Shown here piece after piece: positions 1-19,998 of a stretch of 64,000 nucleotides of DNA (the first letter of the stretch is position 1; each line of letters starts with the position of its first letter). The stretch is from the human T2T-CHM13v2.0 reference genome, Homo sapiens. The stretch lies in the NCBI RefSeq assembly GCF_009914755.1, contig NC_060937.1; one strand, written 5' to 3'. Made by a program: the position numbers and the translations under genes. The notes below the pieces were generated by a model, which worked only from the letters and a program-made list of their open reading frames with translations, was not told the origin of the DNA and ran no database searches.

Positions 1-833
<833 letters not shown>

Positions 834-1011
834 AAGTATTCACTTTTTATCATAGATGGCCTACCGATTAAGTCATATGTTATTGTTGATAATGTGATAT
901 TGTTGATAATGTGATATGTGCATATATCCCTGAGTAAACTGAATGTAGAAATATGTAGTACTCTTTGGTTTTACAACTATAGAGATGAATGTATATTTAA
1001 AATAAACTTGT

Positions 1012-1285
1012 GGCCTGATGCAGTGGCTCACACCTGTGATCTCAGTGCTTTGCGAGGCTGAGGCAGGAGGATTGCTTGAGGCCAGCTAGTAAGACCTGGT
1101 CTCTACAAAAAAAAAAGTAGCCAGGCGTGGTGGTGCATGCCTGTAGTCTTAGCTACTTAGGAATCTGAGGCAGGAGGATTGCTTGAGCCCAGAAGTTTGA
1201 GGCTGCAGTAAGCTATAATTAGGCCACTGTAGTCCAGCCTGGACAACAGAGCAAGACCCTGTCTCTCAAAATAAGAATTAAAAAT
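1012..1285 (+). mobile_element. Old (AluJ-like) Alu
   Basis: Diverged dimer with J-type 'ggattgcttgagccc' in the right arm. Confidence 0.85.
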
Positions 1286-1320
1286 AATAAACCTGCATTG
1301 AGAAATGGTATTGCCTGTAT

Positions 1321-3915
<2,595 letters not shown>

Positions 3916-4540
3916 ATTCTAGATAATACAAAATGGCTTCTGTTACTGTTCTGGTGGTTTAAAAACAACAAAAAACCTCATTTAGTTCTCTACCTAGAAG
4001 AGTGAATTGCAACTCTCATCTTGTGCTTTTACCTGTGATTTTAAAAATTGTAATCTTGCCTTTGAAACAAAAATATGCCAATTCATAATAAAGTCTACAT
4101 GAGAGTACATGTTTGGATTTATATTTCTGTGCTTCTTTCTTTTATATAACATACCATTTCATATTTGTGGGCCCAGAGTAAAGAGCTCATTCTGTTACAG
4201 ACACTGAATAGCCTTGTTTTTGTCAGTAGTCAGCTCTGTTTTAAAACAATTGCTTGGGTCCTGCTGGCTCAACTTGCAGTTGTCCTAGTCCTGAGTCTTG
4301 TCTTAGCCAAAGACTGTTGTTGGAAAGCCCACACAAAGGCCTTGTGTATAGGATGCCCTACTATTAAAGGAGCATGTTCTAGTCTCAGCGGATTAAATTT
4401 GCTTTGGTGTGCATTCCCTTACCAAATTTCTCACTACTTTGTTTGGCTGGTTATTTCAGTGAAAAATCATTTTAACGTGAAGGCAGATTTCTTCTAATTA
4501 TTACATAGTCCTAGTGGTGACGGTTATTGGAGTAAAATAA

Positions 4541-4559
4541 TTTTTTTTTTTTCTGGTAG
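4541..4559 (+). other. TRIM13: 3' splice site of the TRIM13 coding (terminal) exon; exon starts at 4560
   Basis: T12-ctggtag|GATGTGATGGAG immediately before the ORF. Confidence 0.9.
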
Positions 4560-4565
4560 GATGTG

Positions 4566-5789
4566 ATGGAGCTGCTTGAAGAAGATCTCACATGCCCTAT
4601 TTGTTGTAGTCTGTTTGATGATCCACGGGTTTTGCCTTGCTCCCACAACTTCTGCAAAAAATGCTTAGAAGGTATCTTAGAAGGGAGTGTGCGGAATTCC
4701 TTGTGGAGACCAGCTCCATTCAAGTGTCCTACATGCCGTAAGGAAACTTCAGCTACTGGAATTAATAGCCTGCAGGTTAATTACTCCCTGAAGGGTATTG
4801 TGGAAAAGTATAACAAGATCAAGATCTCTCCCAAAATGCCAGTATGCAAAGGACACTTGGGGCAGCCTCTCAACATTTTCTGCCTGACTGATATGCAGCT
4901 GATTTGTGGGATCTGTGCTACTCGTGGGGAGCACACCAAACATGTCTTCTGTTCTATTGAAGATGCCTATGCTCAGGAAAGGGATGCCTTTGAGTCCCTC
5001 TTCCAGAGCTTTGAGACCTGGCGTCGGGGAGATGCTCTTTCTCGCTTGGATACCTTGGAAACTAGTAAGAGGAAATCCCTACAGTTACTGACTAAAGATT
5101 CAGATAAAGTGAAGGAATTTTTTGAGAAGTTACAACACACACTGGATCAAAAGAAGAATGAAATTCTGTCTGACTTTGAGACCATGAAACTTGCTGTTAT
5201 GCAAGCATATGACCCAGAGATCAACAAACTCAACACCATCTTGCAGGAGCAACGGATGGCCTTTAACATTGCTGAGGCTTTCAAAGATGTGTCAGAACCC
5301 ATTGTATTTCTGCAACAGATGCAGGAGTTTAGAGAGAAAATCAAAGTAATCAAGGAAACTCCTTTACCTCCCTCTAATTTGCCTGCAAGCCCTTTAATGA
5401 AGAACTTTGATACCAGTCAGTGGGAAGACATAAAACTAGTCGATGTGGATAAACTTTCTTTGCCTCAAGACACTGGCACATTCATTAGCAAGATTCCCTG
5501 GAGCTTTTATAAGTTATTTTTGCTAATCCTTCTGCTTGGCCTTGTCATTGTCTTTGGTCCTACCATGTTCCTAGAATGGTCATTATTTGATGACCTGGCA
5601 ACTTGGAAAGGCTGTCTTTCAAACTTCAGTTCCTATCTGACTAAAACAGCCGATTTCATAGAACAATCAGTTTTTTACTGGGAACAGGTGACAGATGGGT
5701 TTTTCATTTTCAATGAAAGATTCAAGAATTTTACTTTGGTGGTACTGAACAATGTGGCAGAATTTGTGTGCAAATATAAACTATTATAA
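4566..5789 (+). CDS. TRIM13: E3 ubiquitin ligase TRIM13 (RFP2/LEU5), 407 aa; entire CDS in one exon
   Basis: MELLEEDLTCPICC... C3HC4 RING, B-box (CKGHLGQPLNIFCLTDMQLICGIC...H..H), coiled coil and hydrophobic TM segment LFLLILLLGLVIVFGPTMFL. The ORF-track start at 4563 is GTG; the ATG is at 4566 in strong context (G at -3, G at +4). Confidence 0.98.
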   Translation: MELLEEDLTCPICCSLFDDPRVLPCSHNFCKKCLEGILEGSVRNSLWRPAPFKCPTCRKETSATGINSLQVNYSLKGIVEKYNKIKISPKMPVCKGHLGQPLNIFCLTDMQLICGICATRGEHTKHVFCSIEDAYAQERDAFESLFQSFETWRRGDALSRLDTLETSKRKSLQLLTKDSDKVKEFFEKLQHTLDQKKNEILSDFETMKLAVMQAYDPEINKLNTILQEQRMAFNIAEAFKDVSEPIVFLQQMQEFREKIKVIKETPLPPSNLPASPLMKNFDTSQWEDIKLVDVDKLSLPQDTGTFISKIPWSFYKLFLLILLLGLVIVFGPTMFLEWSLFDDLATWKGCLSNFSSYLTKTADFIEQSVFYWEQVTDGFFIFNERFKNFTLVVLNNVAEFVCKYKLL

Positions 5790-6114
5790 AATCTGTTTCA
5801 AGTATGCAGTTTTCTTTTGTTAGAAATTGTTAGAGAATAGAGAGTGGTAATTCAGATTTGGTCAACGATTCTAGTCACATATTTTCCTCCAAAAGTATTC
5901 CTTCCAAAAATAATCTATACATGTTCAAATTAGGTAGCATAAAGATAAAAGTGAAATTTAGTAGTATAGGCCTGAACCTTTTTTTGTTTAAAAGAGTGCT
6001 TTTGAAATAAGCATCCACCCCAAATGTTGGTTGTATTTATGCTGTGATAAAAATAGGTGAGAGATCATATGATCTAATATTGTATTGATGGAAGTATAGG
6101 TAGTATAGTAGTGA

Positions 6115-6461
<347 letters not shown>

Positions 6462-6810
6462 AAAGACTGCTCTTAAAGCACCTTTTTGACAGTGAACATG
6501 GTCTAAAAAAGGGAAGATATTGTAGAAGATTTCACACACACACGCGTGTGTGGGAGACAACTAAAGGTATTGAAGGTACTAATTAATTAGATTTCCAAAA
6601 TTTTCTACAGAGAGTTAATTATCACCAAAATGTGAATGGTACATACAAAACCTGGCATTTTCTTGTGATAAGTTTACATTTTTAGGAGAGTGGAGCTTTC
6701 AATCTGCCCTTTTCTCCTTTGTTTTTGTAGTTTTCACCAAAGATGATCAACTAGAAATGTTAAGTGGCTATGCAAGCAAAAGCATAGATAGGTTAAAAAA
6801 AAGGATCAGC

Positions 6811-6936
6811 TGGCTGGGCAGGGTGGCTCATGTCTATAATCTCAGCATTCTAGGACAGTGATGTGGGAGGATTATTTGAGGCTAGGAGTTCCAGTTCGAA
6901 ACCAGCTTCGTAAACATAGCAAGACCCAGTCTCTAC

Positions 6937-6998
<62 letters not shown>

Positions 6999-7038
6999 TA
7001 TGTACACATACATATATATACATATATATGTATATATA
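6811..7038 (+). mobile_element. Monomeric Alu (FLAM/left-arm-like) whose A-tail runs into a (TA)n/(CA)n microsatellite
   Basis: tggctgggcagggtggctcatgtctataatctcagca...agacccagtctctacc, then ~A30, (TA)n and (CA)n. Confidence 0.8.
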
Positions 7039-7696
7039 GAACACATGGCAAGAGCAGGAAATGGGAAGACTACCTTTTTTCTGGCAGCTATGTGTTGTTT
7101 TGTTCGAAAGATGGCAAGTGTACAACCAAACCAATCCACTTGCTTACAGAAAGAATGTTTAGTGTAGTTAAGACTAATTTGACAACAGATAAAACAGTCT
7201 GTCAGCTATTACAAAGTAATCAGCTGAACACTAATGCTGTTCTGTCTGCTCACAAGAGATAAAGATACCCTCTCATGGAATAAACACCTTGCTTAGAATT
7301 CATATAACAAAGAAGTAACCTTATAACTGCTCTCTAGTCTGCCTTATTTGTGTCATAGAGTAAGATATTCCTTGAAAGCCCATTAAGTGGAATAGACTTT
7401 CTGAAAATAAGAGTTCTTTACCTCAGTCCTCCTCTAATTTGGTTGAGAGGAGGTAATGAAAATGGGGACAGGATAAAAGGTGGCAACTAAATTTAAAGCA
7501 CAGAAGAAATGATTTCCTTCTAGCTATGAGAATAGTCAAATTGAGCTTGCCAGGCTGTCTCATTCCTAACATGTAATTCATGATTTAGCCACTAAATTTC
7601 TAAGGAGATCATAAGAAATTAAGAAAAACGTTTAAGTCTAGCCTCTGCGTGGTAGACAGGTATGGGGAGGGAGAATGCTTTTCCCCTCCCAGTAAT

Positions 7697-7710
7697 AAAA
7701 AAAAAAAAAA

Positions 7711-7746
<36 letters not shown>
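7697..7746. repeat. (A)n(TA)n microsatellite
   Basis: A-run followed by ~15 TA units. Confidence 0.95.
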
Positions 7747-7748
<2 letters not shown>

Positions 7749-8087
7749 TTACTAGGTTTTCATGGATAAGTTTTTAAATGTAAGACAGGAAAGGGATCTA
7801 TTTGATGTCTATCTTCAGATATATTGGCAGTTTTCCTTAAGCTATTTAGTTCCTCATCTGTTGCTTTTTCATTTTGTATACTGCAAGTTCCCAGGCAACT
7901 CGAATTTGCAAACACAGCCATGGATACACTATTTACCTTACAGTAGTTTCCTGGGAATCTAAGTCTGGTTTTTGTTATTCTTCCCTCCCCTCCACTGCAT
8001 AATCATGTATAACTAGCAACATTTATGGTTATAGGTTGATTTCCTAAGTGTGGCTGATGGTAGCCTCTAGTTTGAAGTGAGGGAAGA

Positions 8088-8665
8088 ATGAGTAGTCAGG
8101 AACTGGTCACTTTGAATGTGGGAGGGAAGATATTCACGACAAGGTTTTCTACGATAAAGCAGTTTCCTGCTTCTCGTTTGGCACGCATGTTAGATGGCAG
8201 AGACCAAGAATTCAAGATGGTTGGTGGCCAGATTTTTGTAGACAGAGATGGTGATTTGTTTAGTTTCATCTTAGATTTTTTGAGAACTCACCAGCTTTTA
8301 TTACCCACTGAATTTTCAGACTATCTTAGGCTTCAGAGAGAGGCTCTTTTCTATGAACTTCGTTCTCTAGTTGATCTCTTAAACCCATACCTGCTACAGC
8401 CAAGACCTGCTCTTGTGGAGGTACATTTCCTAAGCCGGAACACTCAAGCTTTTTTCAGGGTGTTTGGCTCTTGCAGCAAAACAATTGAGATGCTAACAGG
8501 GAGGATTACAGTGTTTACAGAACAACCTTCAGCGCCGACCTGGAATGGTAACTTTTTCCCTCCTCAGATGACCTTACTTCCACTGCCTCCACAAAGACCT
8601 TCTTACCATGACCTGGTTTTCCAGTGTGGTTCTGACAGCACTACTGATAACCAAACTGGAGTCAG
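8088..8665 (+). CDS. KCNRG: KCNRG coding exon 1 (KCTD-type BTB/T1 domain)
   Basis: MSSQELVTLNVGGKIFTTRFSTI...IFVDRDGDLFSFILDFLR...LQREALFYEL is a classic KCTD/Kv-T1 BTB signature. Donor GTCAG|gtattt at 8665/8666. Confidence 0.97.
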
Positions 8666-11038
8666 GTATTTTGTACTTTGCAGTATTTCTCTTGTATACC
8701 AGTTTGTGATGTTTTCTCTAAAAACTTGAAGTTCCTCAGGCCTGTAACTTCTGGAAAAGATGATTATTCAAAATAATGTTTTGGGGTAACCAGTGGAGTT
8801 GGGTAGAATGACCAAATAATTATTTTCCAAACTGGGATACTTTTTAGAGTGAAAGGGGCTATTATTAGGTGGGACAAAAGGAATAAATGAAGACTGCCCA
8901 GAAAAAACTGAGACTATGGACATTCAAATCATGGGAGAAAATAATTTTGTAGATTATGTTCCATTGCTAATGAATTTGACTTAGAAAAGAATTGCCTTAT
9001 TTTTAAGAGATTGTTTCAGTGGTTCACATAAAGGCTCGCTCACTGGTTTCTCTTGAGTTCCTTACACACTATATAAGTTGTTCTTTCAGTTTTATGATTC
9101 AACTACTGTTTTTCCTTCAGCTGACTTTATTTTTAAACACCCTTAAAGACAGATATATCTCATGGCAAATTTGGTATCCTGTTACAGCCTTGGCTCTTAA
9201 ACAACTCAAAATATTGGGATAGGCTGTCAGTATGTTAAGGATAGTTGCTCCTGAGTCAATTCTTCACTTACTCCCTCTGTTGTTCTTGGCTGGATCCTAA
9301 CGCTGATTTCCACTCTGCTGTCACAAACATTTTTCCCCCCGTAAAATGTCTTAATGCTGTCCTACCATTATTTTACCAACTGTGAAAGCTGGCTTTAATT
9401 TTTAGGAGGAAAAGAAAAGCCTGCATGTGTTCTTTATTGGTATCATTTAAAATATACTTTTTTTTTTTTTTTGGTAAAGGTAGGCGTATTTTAAGATATT
9501 TTCTTAACTTGAGCAGTAGCCAACAGGAAGGATACCAGTGTCTCTCTCTCTTAGCGACACACTCCTTGGTCTTGCTTACCAACTGGAGGACACTAGGTAG
9601 AATAACCGAGTATGACAATTCTTAATTGTTTACATTTTATAACTTCCTGTCCTTCAAAAGAGTTTGAAATGTCATTTTGGGAAAAGAGAGCCAGTCAAGC
9701 TAGTAGGCTGATTGTGAAGAAAATCTAATACCTTATCTTTATCTCAAACCTCTGTACAACTTTATTTTCATTGATGGGATACTTTAACAAAAATGAAATT
9801 TTTTTTGGTTTTTAAAATATGAGTGATTATGACCTCTTTGGGGATCATGCTTCAAAAAGTCAGAAACCTAGAGACAAAACTGTCATTGATTTTTAAGAAG
9901 AAACACACTAGGTCAAAAGAAGATGTCCTGGAAATACGAAGTACTCTTTAAAAACCATGCATTTGGAGAAAGTAATTGTTTCCTTGAAAAACATGATTAA
10001 AAACTAAAACTGGGATGTTCCTGTGTGTACACAGTGCCAAATGGTTTTCCCTTTTTATGTTGTGTTTTAGAAACAGCACGAAAGTTTTTTCCATTTTAAA
10101 GTGAGAAAACATTATATTTAGACTTCCATAATTCCAAAATCAGAAGCTATTTTTAAAATTAGCATTTTCTTGCATCACCAAATGGTATTCAATTGTTTGA
10201 AGCTCAAAATTTTTACCATTCCATAAATGTTTGTGAATTTTTAGACAGTGCCAATTTAAAAGTAGAGATAGCCAATCTGAATACGGTGAAATTATGGGGA
10301 TCTCTGGTGATTGGGATGAAAACTCTGGCCTTAAAAGGTCCACTTTTAGTATATAATTGCCTAATTAGCAATCATTTTTATTTTTTGCTCACTCCCTGGT
10401 CTGAATCTATCTGTCTATTCAGATATTTTTTGGTAGGTTTGGAAAATGGAGAAGTGAGCCTAATTGGTGCCTAATTGTCTGGTGTATCATTCACTTTATT
10501 CAGTTTGTTCTATCAATATGATTTACCCCTCAAGGTTAACCTAGCAGGTTGCTCAGTTATTATCTCTCAAGGTCACAGTACTAGAAATACTTGGCTTGCA
10601 TCTTTCAGATGCCATTCATGTTATCAAGCTCAAATTATAGTTGGTCACAGGATTCTAAAGTCTTTATTTGACTTCTCCTTTTTGAACTGGCTCAAATGGA
10701 AAAGTGTAGTTGCTTTTAAATGTTAAAAATAAGTTTAAACTTTATATTTCCCATTGGTTTCCCCTATTTTGTCCTTTCTTTGTGTGCTTGAAATATTTTA
10801 TTTTTCAGTTTGTCCTCATAGGGAATCAAGTATTTTAGCTAGGTGATGTCTTGCAAGTACGTTCCACTTTGTTACAATCTACTATCTGTATATACTATTT
10901 GTATCTTAATTCTTTTATGAGATGTTCTGTAACATTTTTCTCACTTTGACAAATGTTTTTAGACTGTACAGTCAAGATCTGGCGCTTGGGGGTAAGTGGA
11001 ATGATTTGCTAATATTGAGAATCTGTTGTATCAAACAT

Positions 11039-11044
11039 AATAAA
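11039..11044 (+). terminator. TRIM13: Probable distal poly(A) signal of the long TRIM13 3'UTR
   Basis: AATAAA with upstream TGTA motifs and a downstream GT/T-rich tract (gtgctttgtagtttggt). Consistent with the known multi-kb TRIM13 3'UTR overlapping KCNRG exon 1. Confidence 0.65.
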
Positions 11045-11374
11045 CTTTTTTTGAGATGTGCTTTGTAGTTTGGTAATTCTTAGATTTTACTATTGGTTTC
11101 TTTGCTTAGAATGAGTTTCTAAATGTGAACTACAAAAACCACTCTACTTCAAGCATGATCATTAGAAGAAGGTTAGGGATGTCCCCAAGCATCATTTTAT
11201 CCCTTAAAACTACAGATAGTTTAGGTTTCTGCCTGAACTAATCTAAGTTAGCTTTTTCTTCACATCTCATAAACTAATGGTGGGAGGACACAAAGAGCTT
11301 TATGAAAACATTTTTGATGGCAGATAAGGACGGAGTCATAAAGCTGTATCCATGCAGATGTGTTATGCTGACAT

Positions 11375-11670
<296 letters not shown>

Positions 11671-11723
11671 TATGCTGACATTATTAAAGCCAACAGATAG
11701 CTAATCTGAAAAGTTCATGTGCA

Positions 11724-11828
11724 TTTTTTTCTTTTTTTCTTTTGTTTTTTTTTTGAGACGGAGTCTCGCTCTGTCACCCAGGCTGGAGTGCAATGGCGCC
11801 ATCTTGGCTCACTGCAAGCTCCGCCTCC
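11724..11828 (-). mobile_element. 5'-truncated AluY-like insertion with clean TSD
   Basis: tcatgtgcattttt at 11715-11728 and 11829-11842 flank a T-rich tail plus ~75 nt of right arm containing 'ctgcaagctccgcctcc'. Confidence 0.85.
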
Positions 11829-12345
11829 TCATGTGCATTTTTCTTGAATTGGTTCTGTGTACTGCATTTGTTCTGTGGAGCACCTCAGTGAATAGAAGAT
11901 TTTGCCCTTTCCACTCTCCAGAGGCTTTTGACCCCAAGTTGTGCTCTTTGACAATGGAGAGTTATTGCGTAAAAAGTGACAATAAAATCTTGACATTTCA
12001 TATCTGCAAAATTTCACTTAAAAAAAGGTAAATTTCATAGGAGTAAGTCGCAAAGGAAAATCCATAATGTCAGTGCTAATAATTGATAAGATTAGATCTG
12101 GAGGGGAAATTGTAAGTGCACAGCATTCATTAAAATATTTGATTCAATCAACTAATTAATAGCAAATTCAAAACAAAATTGGAAATAGTTATATAAAAAT
12201 TAATACAATTTGTTTGATCAAATGTTTTCTTTAGAAAGTGATCTCTCAAAAATTGATGAGTGTTGGTTTACTTCTAAATATGGAATTCAAATGACTTTCA
12301 GAATCACAGCAAGGTCTCGATTTTCAGCACCTGATTACTGATTTG

Positions 12346-12648
12346 GTAGCCTAGCACGGTGGCTCATGCATGTAATCCCAGCACTTTGGGAGGCCGAGAT
12401 GGGTGGATCACTTGAGGTCAGGAGTTTGAGACCAGCCTGGCCAACATGGTGAAACTCAATCTTTACTAAAAATACAAAAATTAGCCGGGCATGGTGGTGT
12501 GCGCCTGTAATCCCACCTGCTTAGGAGGCTGAGGCAAGAGAATAGCCTAAACCTGGGAGGCAGAGGTTGCTGAGAGCCAAGATCACACCACTACACACCA
12601 GTCTGGGTGACAGAGTAAGACTCCATCTCAAAAGAAAAAAAAAAAAAA
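12346..12648 (+). mobile_element. Alu
   Basis: Full sense dimer with A-tail. Confidence 0.95.
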
Positions 12649-12805
12649 TCACTCATTTGGATTTGTAAAGTAAATGAAATTTCAAAAAAAAAATCTGTCT
12701 TGAGAAGGTATGATGCCTTTGAGGTTGTAAGTCAAATTTATGTGTATAGTTTTGCTAGTTATTAAAGGGATGCTTTATAATTAAGCTTCTTTTTGTGTGT
12801 CCTAG

Positions 12806-13046
12806 GTATGTTTCTATAAAACCTGATAACCGAAAATTGGCCAACGGAACAAATGTCCTCGGCTTACTGATTGACACTTTATTAAAGGAAGGCTTTCATT
12901 TGGTCAGCACTAGAACAGTATCTTCTGAAGACAAAACTGAATGCTATAGCTTTGAAAGGATAAAAAGCCCTGAAGTGCTCATCACGAATGAAACACCAAA
13001 ACCAGAGACTATCATCATACCAGAGCAATCTCAGATAAAGAAATGA
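12806..13046 (+). CDS. KCNRG: KCNRG last coding exon; 578+241 nt = 272 aa plus stop
   Basis: Acceptor cttctttttgtgtgtcctag|G. In-frame join AG|G (Arg193), then YVSIKPDNRK...EQSQIKK* (TGA 13044-13046). Confidence 0.95.
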
Positions 13047-13377
13047 AGTTGTCTATCCTCTTTTAAAGAGAAATTGCCATTTTTCTTGTTTCATTACGTA
13101 TTTAGGGCATACATGTTAGCCAAATCTACACTCAGCCTAACTCTTGGCTTCATCTGCTGCCATGCCGTCTCTGGGCAACCAGGCCCCAACTGTGCTTAAG
13201 CCATAATGCCTGCTGCTCTCTAGACAACTCCATGTACTTGGTGCTTTGGTATATGTTCTACCTTCAATACATCTTTCCCTTTCTCTTCTTCATGAATGCT
13301 TATGAGCCGAGATTGCGCCACTGCACACTAGCTTGGGTGACAGAGGAAGACTGTCTCAAAAAAAAAAAAATTGATCA

Positions 13378-19162
<5,785 letters not shown>

Positions 19163-19798
19163 TAAACTAGTTTCTTAACTATCTCCTTTCTTTCATTGGT
19201 AACTCCATTGTCTTCCAGTATAGAAAATGTATAATCTTTTACACCTCCCTTTTATCCAACCCATCATGATATTCAACAACTTTTTCCTTTGAAATATCTT
19301 AAATTTATTCTTTCACCTCCATTCTCCTGCCACTATTGCTGTTCAGGTTTCTTCACCCCTAGATTACTACAGTAGTCACATGCCCAGTTTCCTTGCTACC
19401 ATATTTTATTTCTTAGACATTTCTATATATAGTATTGCCACATTTAATTCCAAACAAATCAATAGGCTATAATGCCTCCCTATTCCCTGCTATATCAAGA
19501 CCAAAATCCTCTAATTGGTTTTCTAGGCAAAGGCTCAATAGCCTAGTTCTAACCTAGTAATACAAATTCATGTAACCTTTGCCTTAGGTTTTATGGCACA
19601 GATCCCAGGTTACTTCTGGGGGAATGTTGCATTCAATTTTGGCTTAAATTCCTACCTACAAACCAGACAAGTCCATTACTTGACAACTCAATGCATTTTA
19701 ATTTACAAGCATGCAGGCCACAAATTATAAAATGAAGACTTTTTACTGAGTCAGCAGAAACAACTGTTCAATTCTCCTGTAAGTCCCCAGTTACTTAC

Positions 19799-19998
19799 AG
19801 TTTTCTGCTGAGGTGATCATCTCATGTGGCATTTATTGCCCTCTACTAAAATGAGCTATTATCTGACACTCTGCTCTGTACAGACGTGTTTCTGTTTCCA
19901 TTTTCAGTTCCTTCTCCACATGGTCTAAGTACCAGTAGTTTAGTCAGTTCTCACCTTTTTTGAGGGGAAGGCGGCAATGGTGGTATCAAAATTTACAC
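19799..19998 (-). ncRNA. DLEU2: Probable DLEU2 internal exon (200 nt)
   Basis: Minus strand: cctgttttccag|GTGTAAA...AAAACT|gtaagtaa. Unique sequence with no long ORF, on the same strand as the miRNA host. Confidence 0.7.

Noticed and set aside
4165-4497. 110-aa hydrophobic ORF before TRIM13
   Set aside because: Non-ATG start, intronic position upstream of the acceptor, and no recognisable domain.
6850-7262. YIYIYI/poly-K ORFs (also at 27492-27961 and 57784-58104)
   Set aside because: Artefacts of TA/CA microsatellites and A-runs that lack stop codons.
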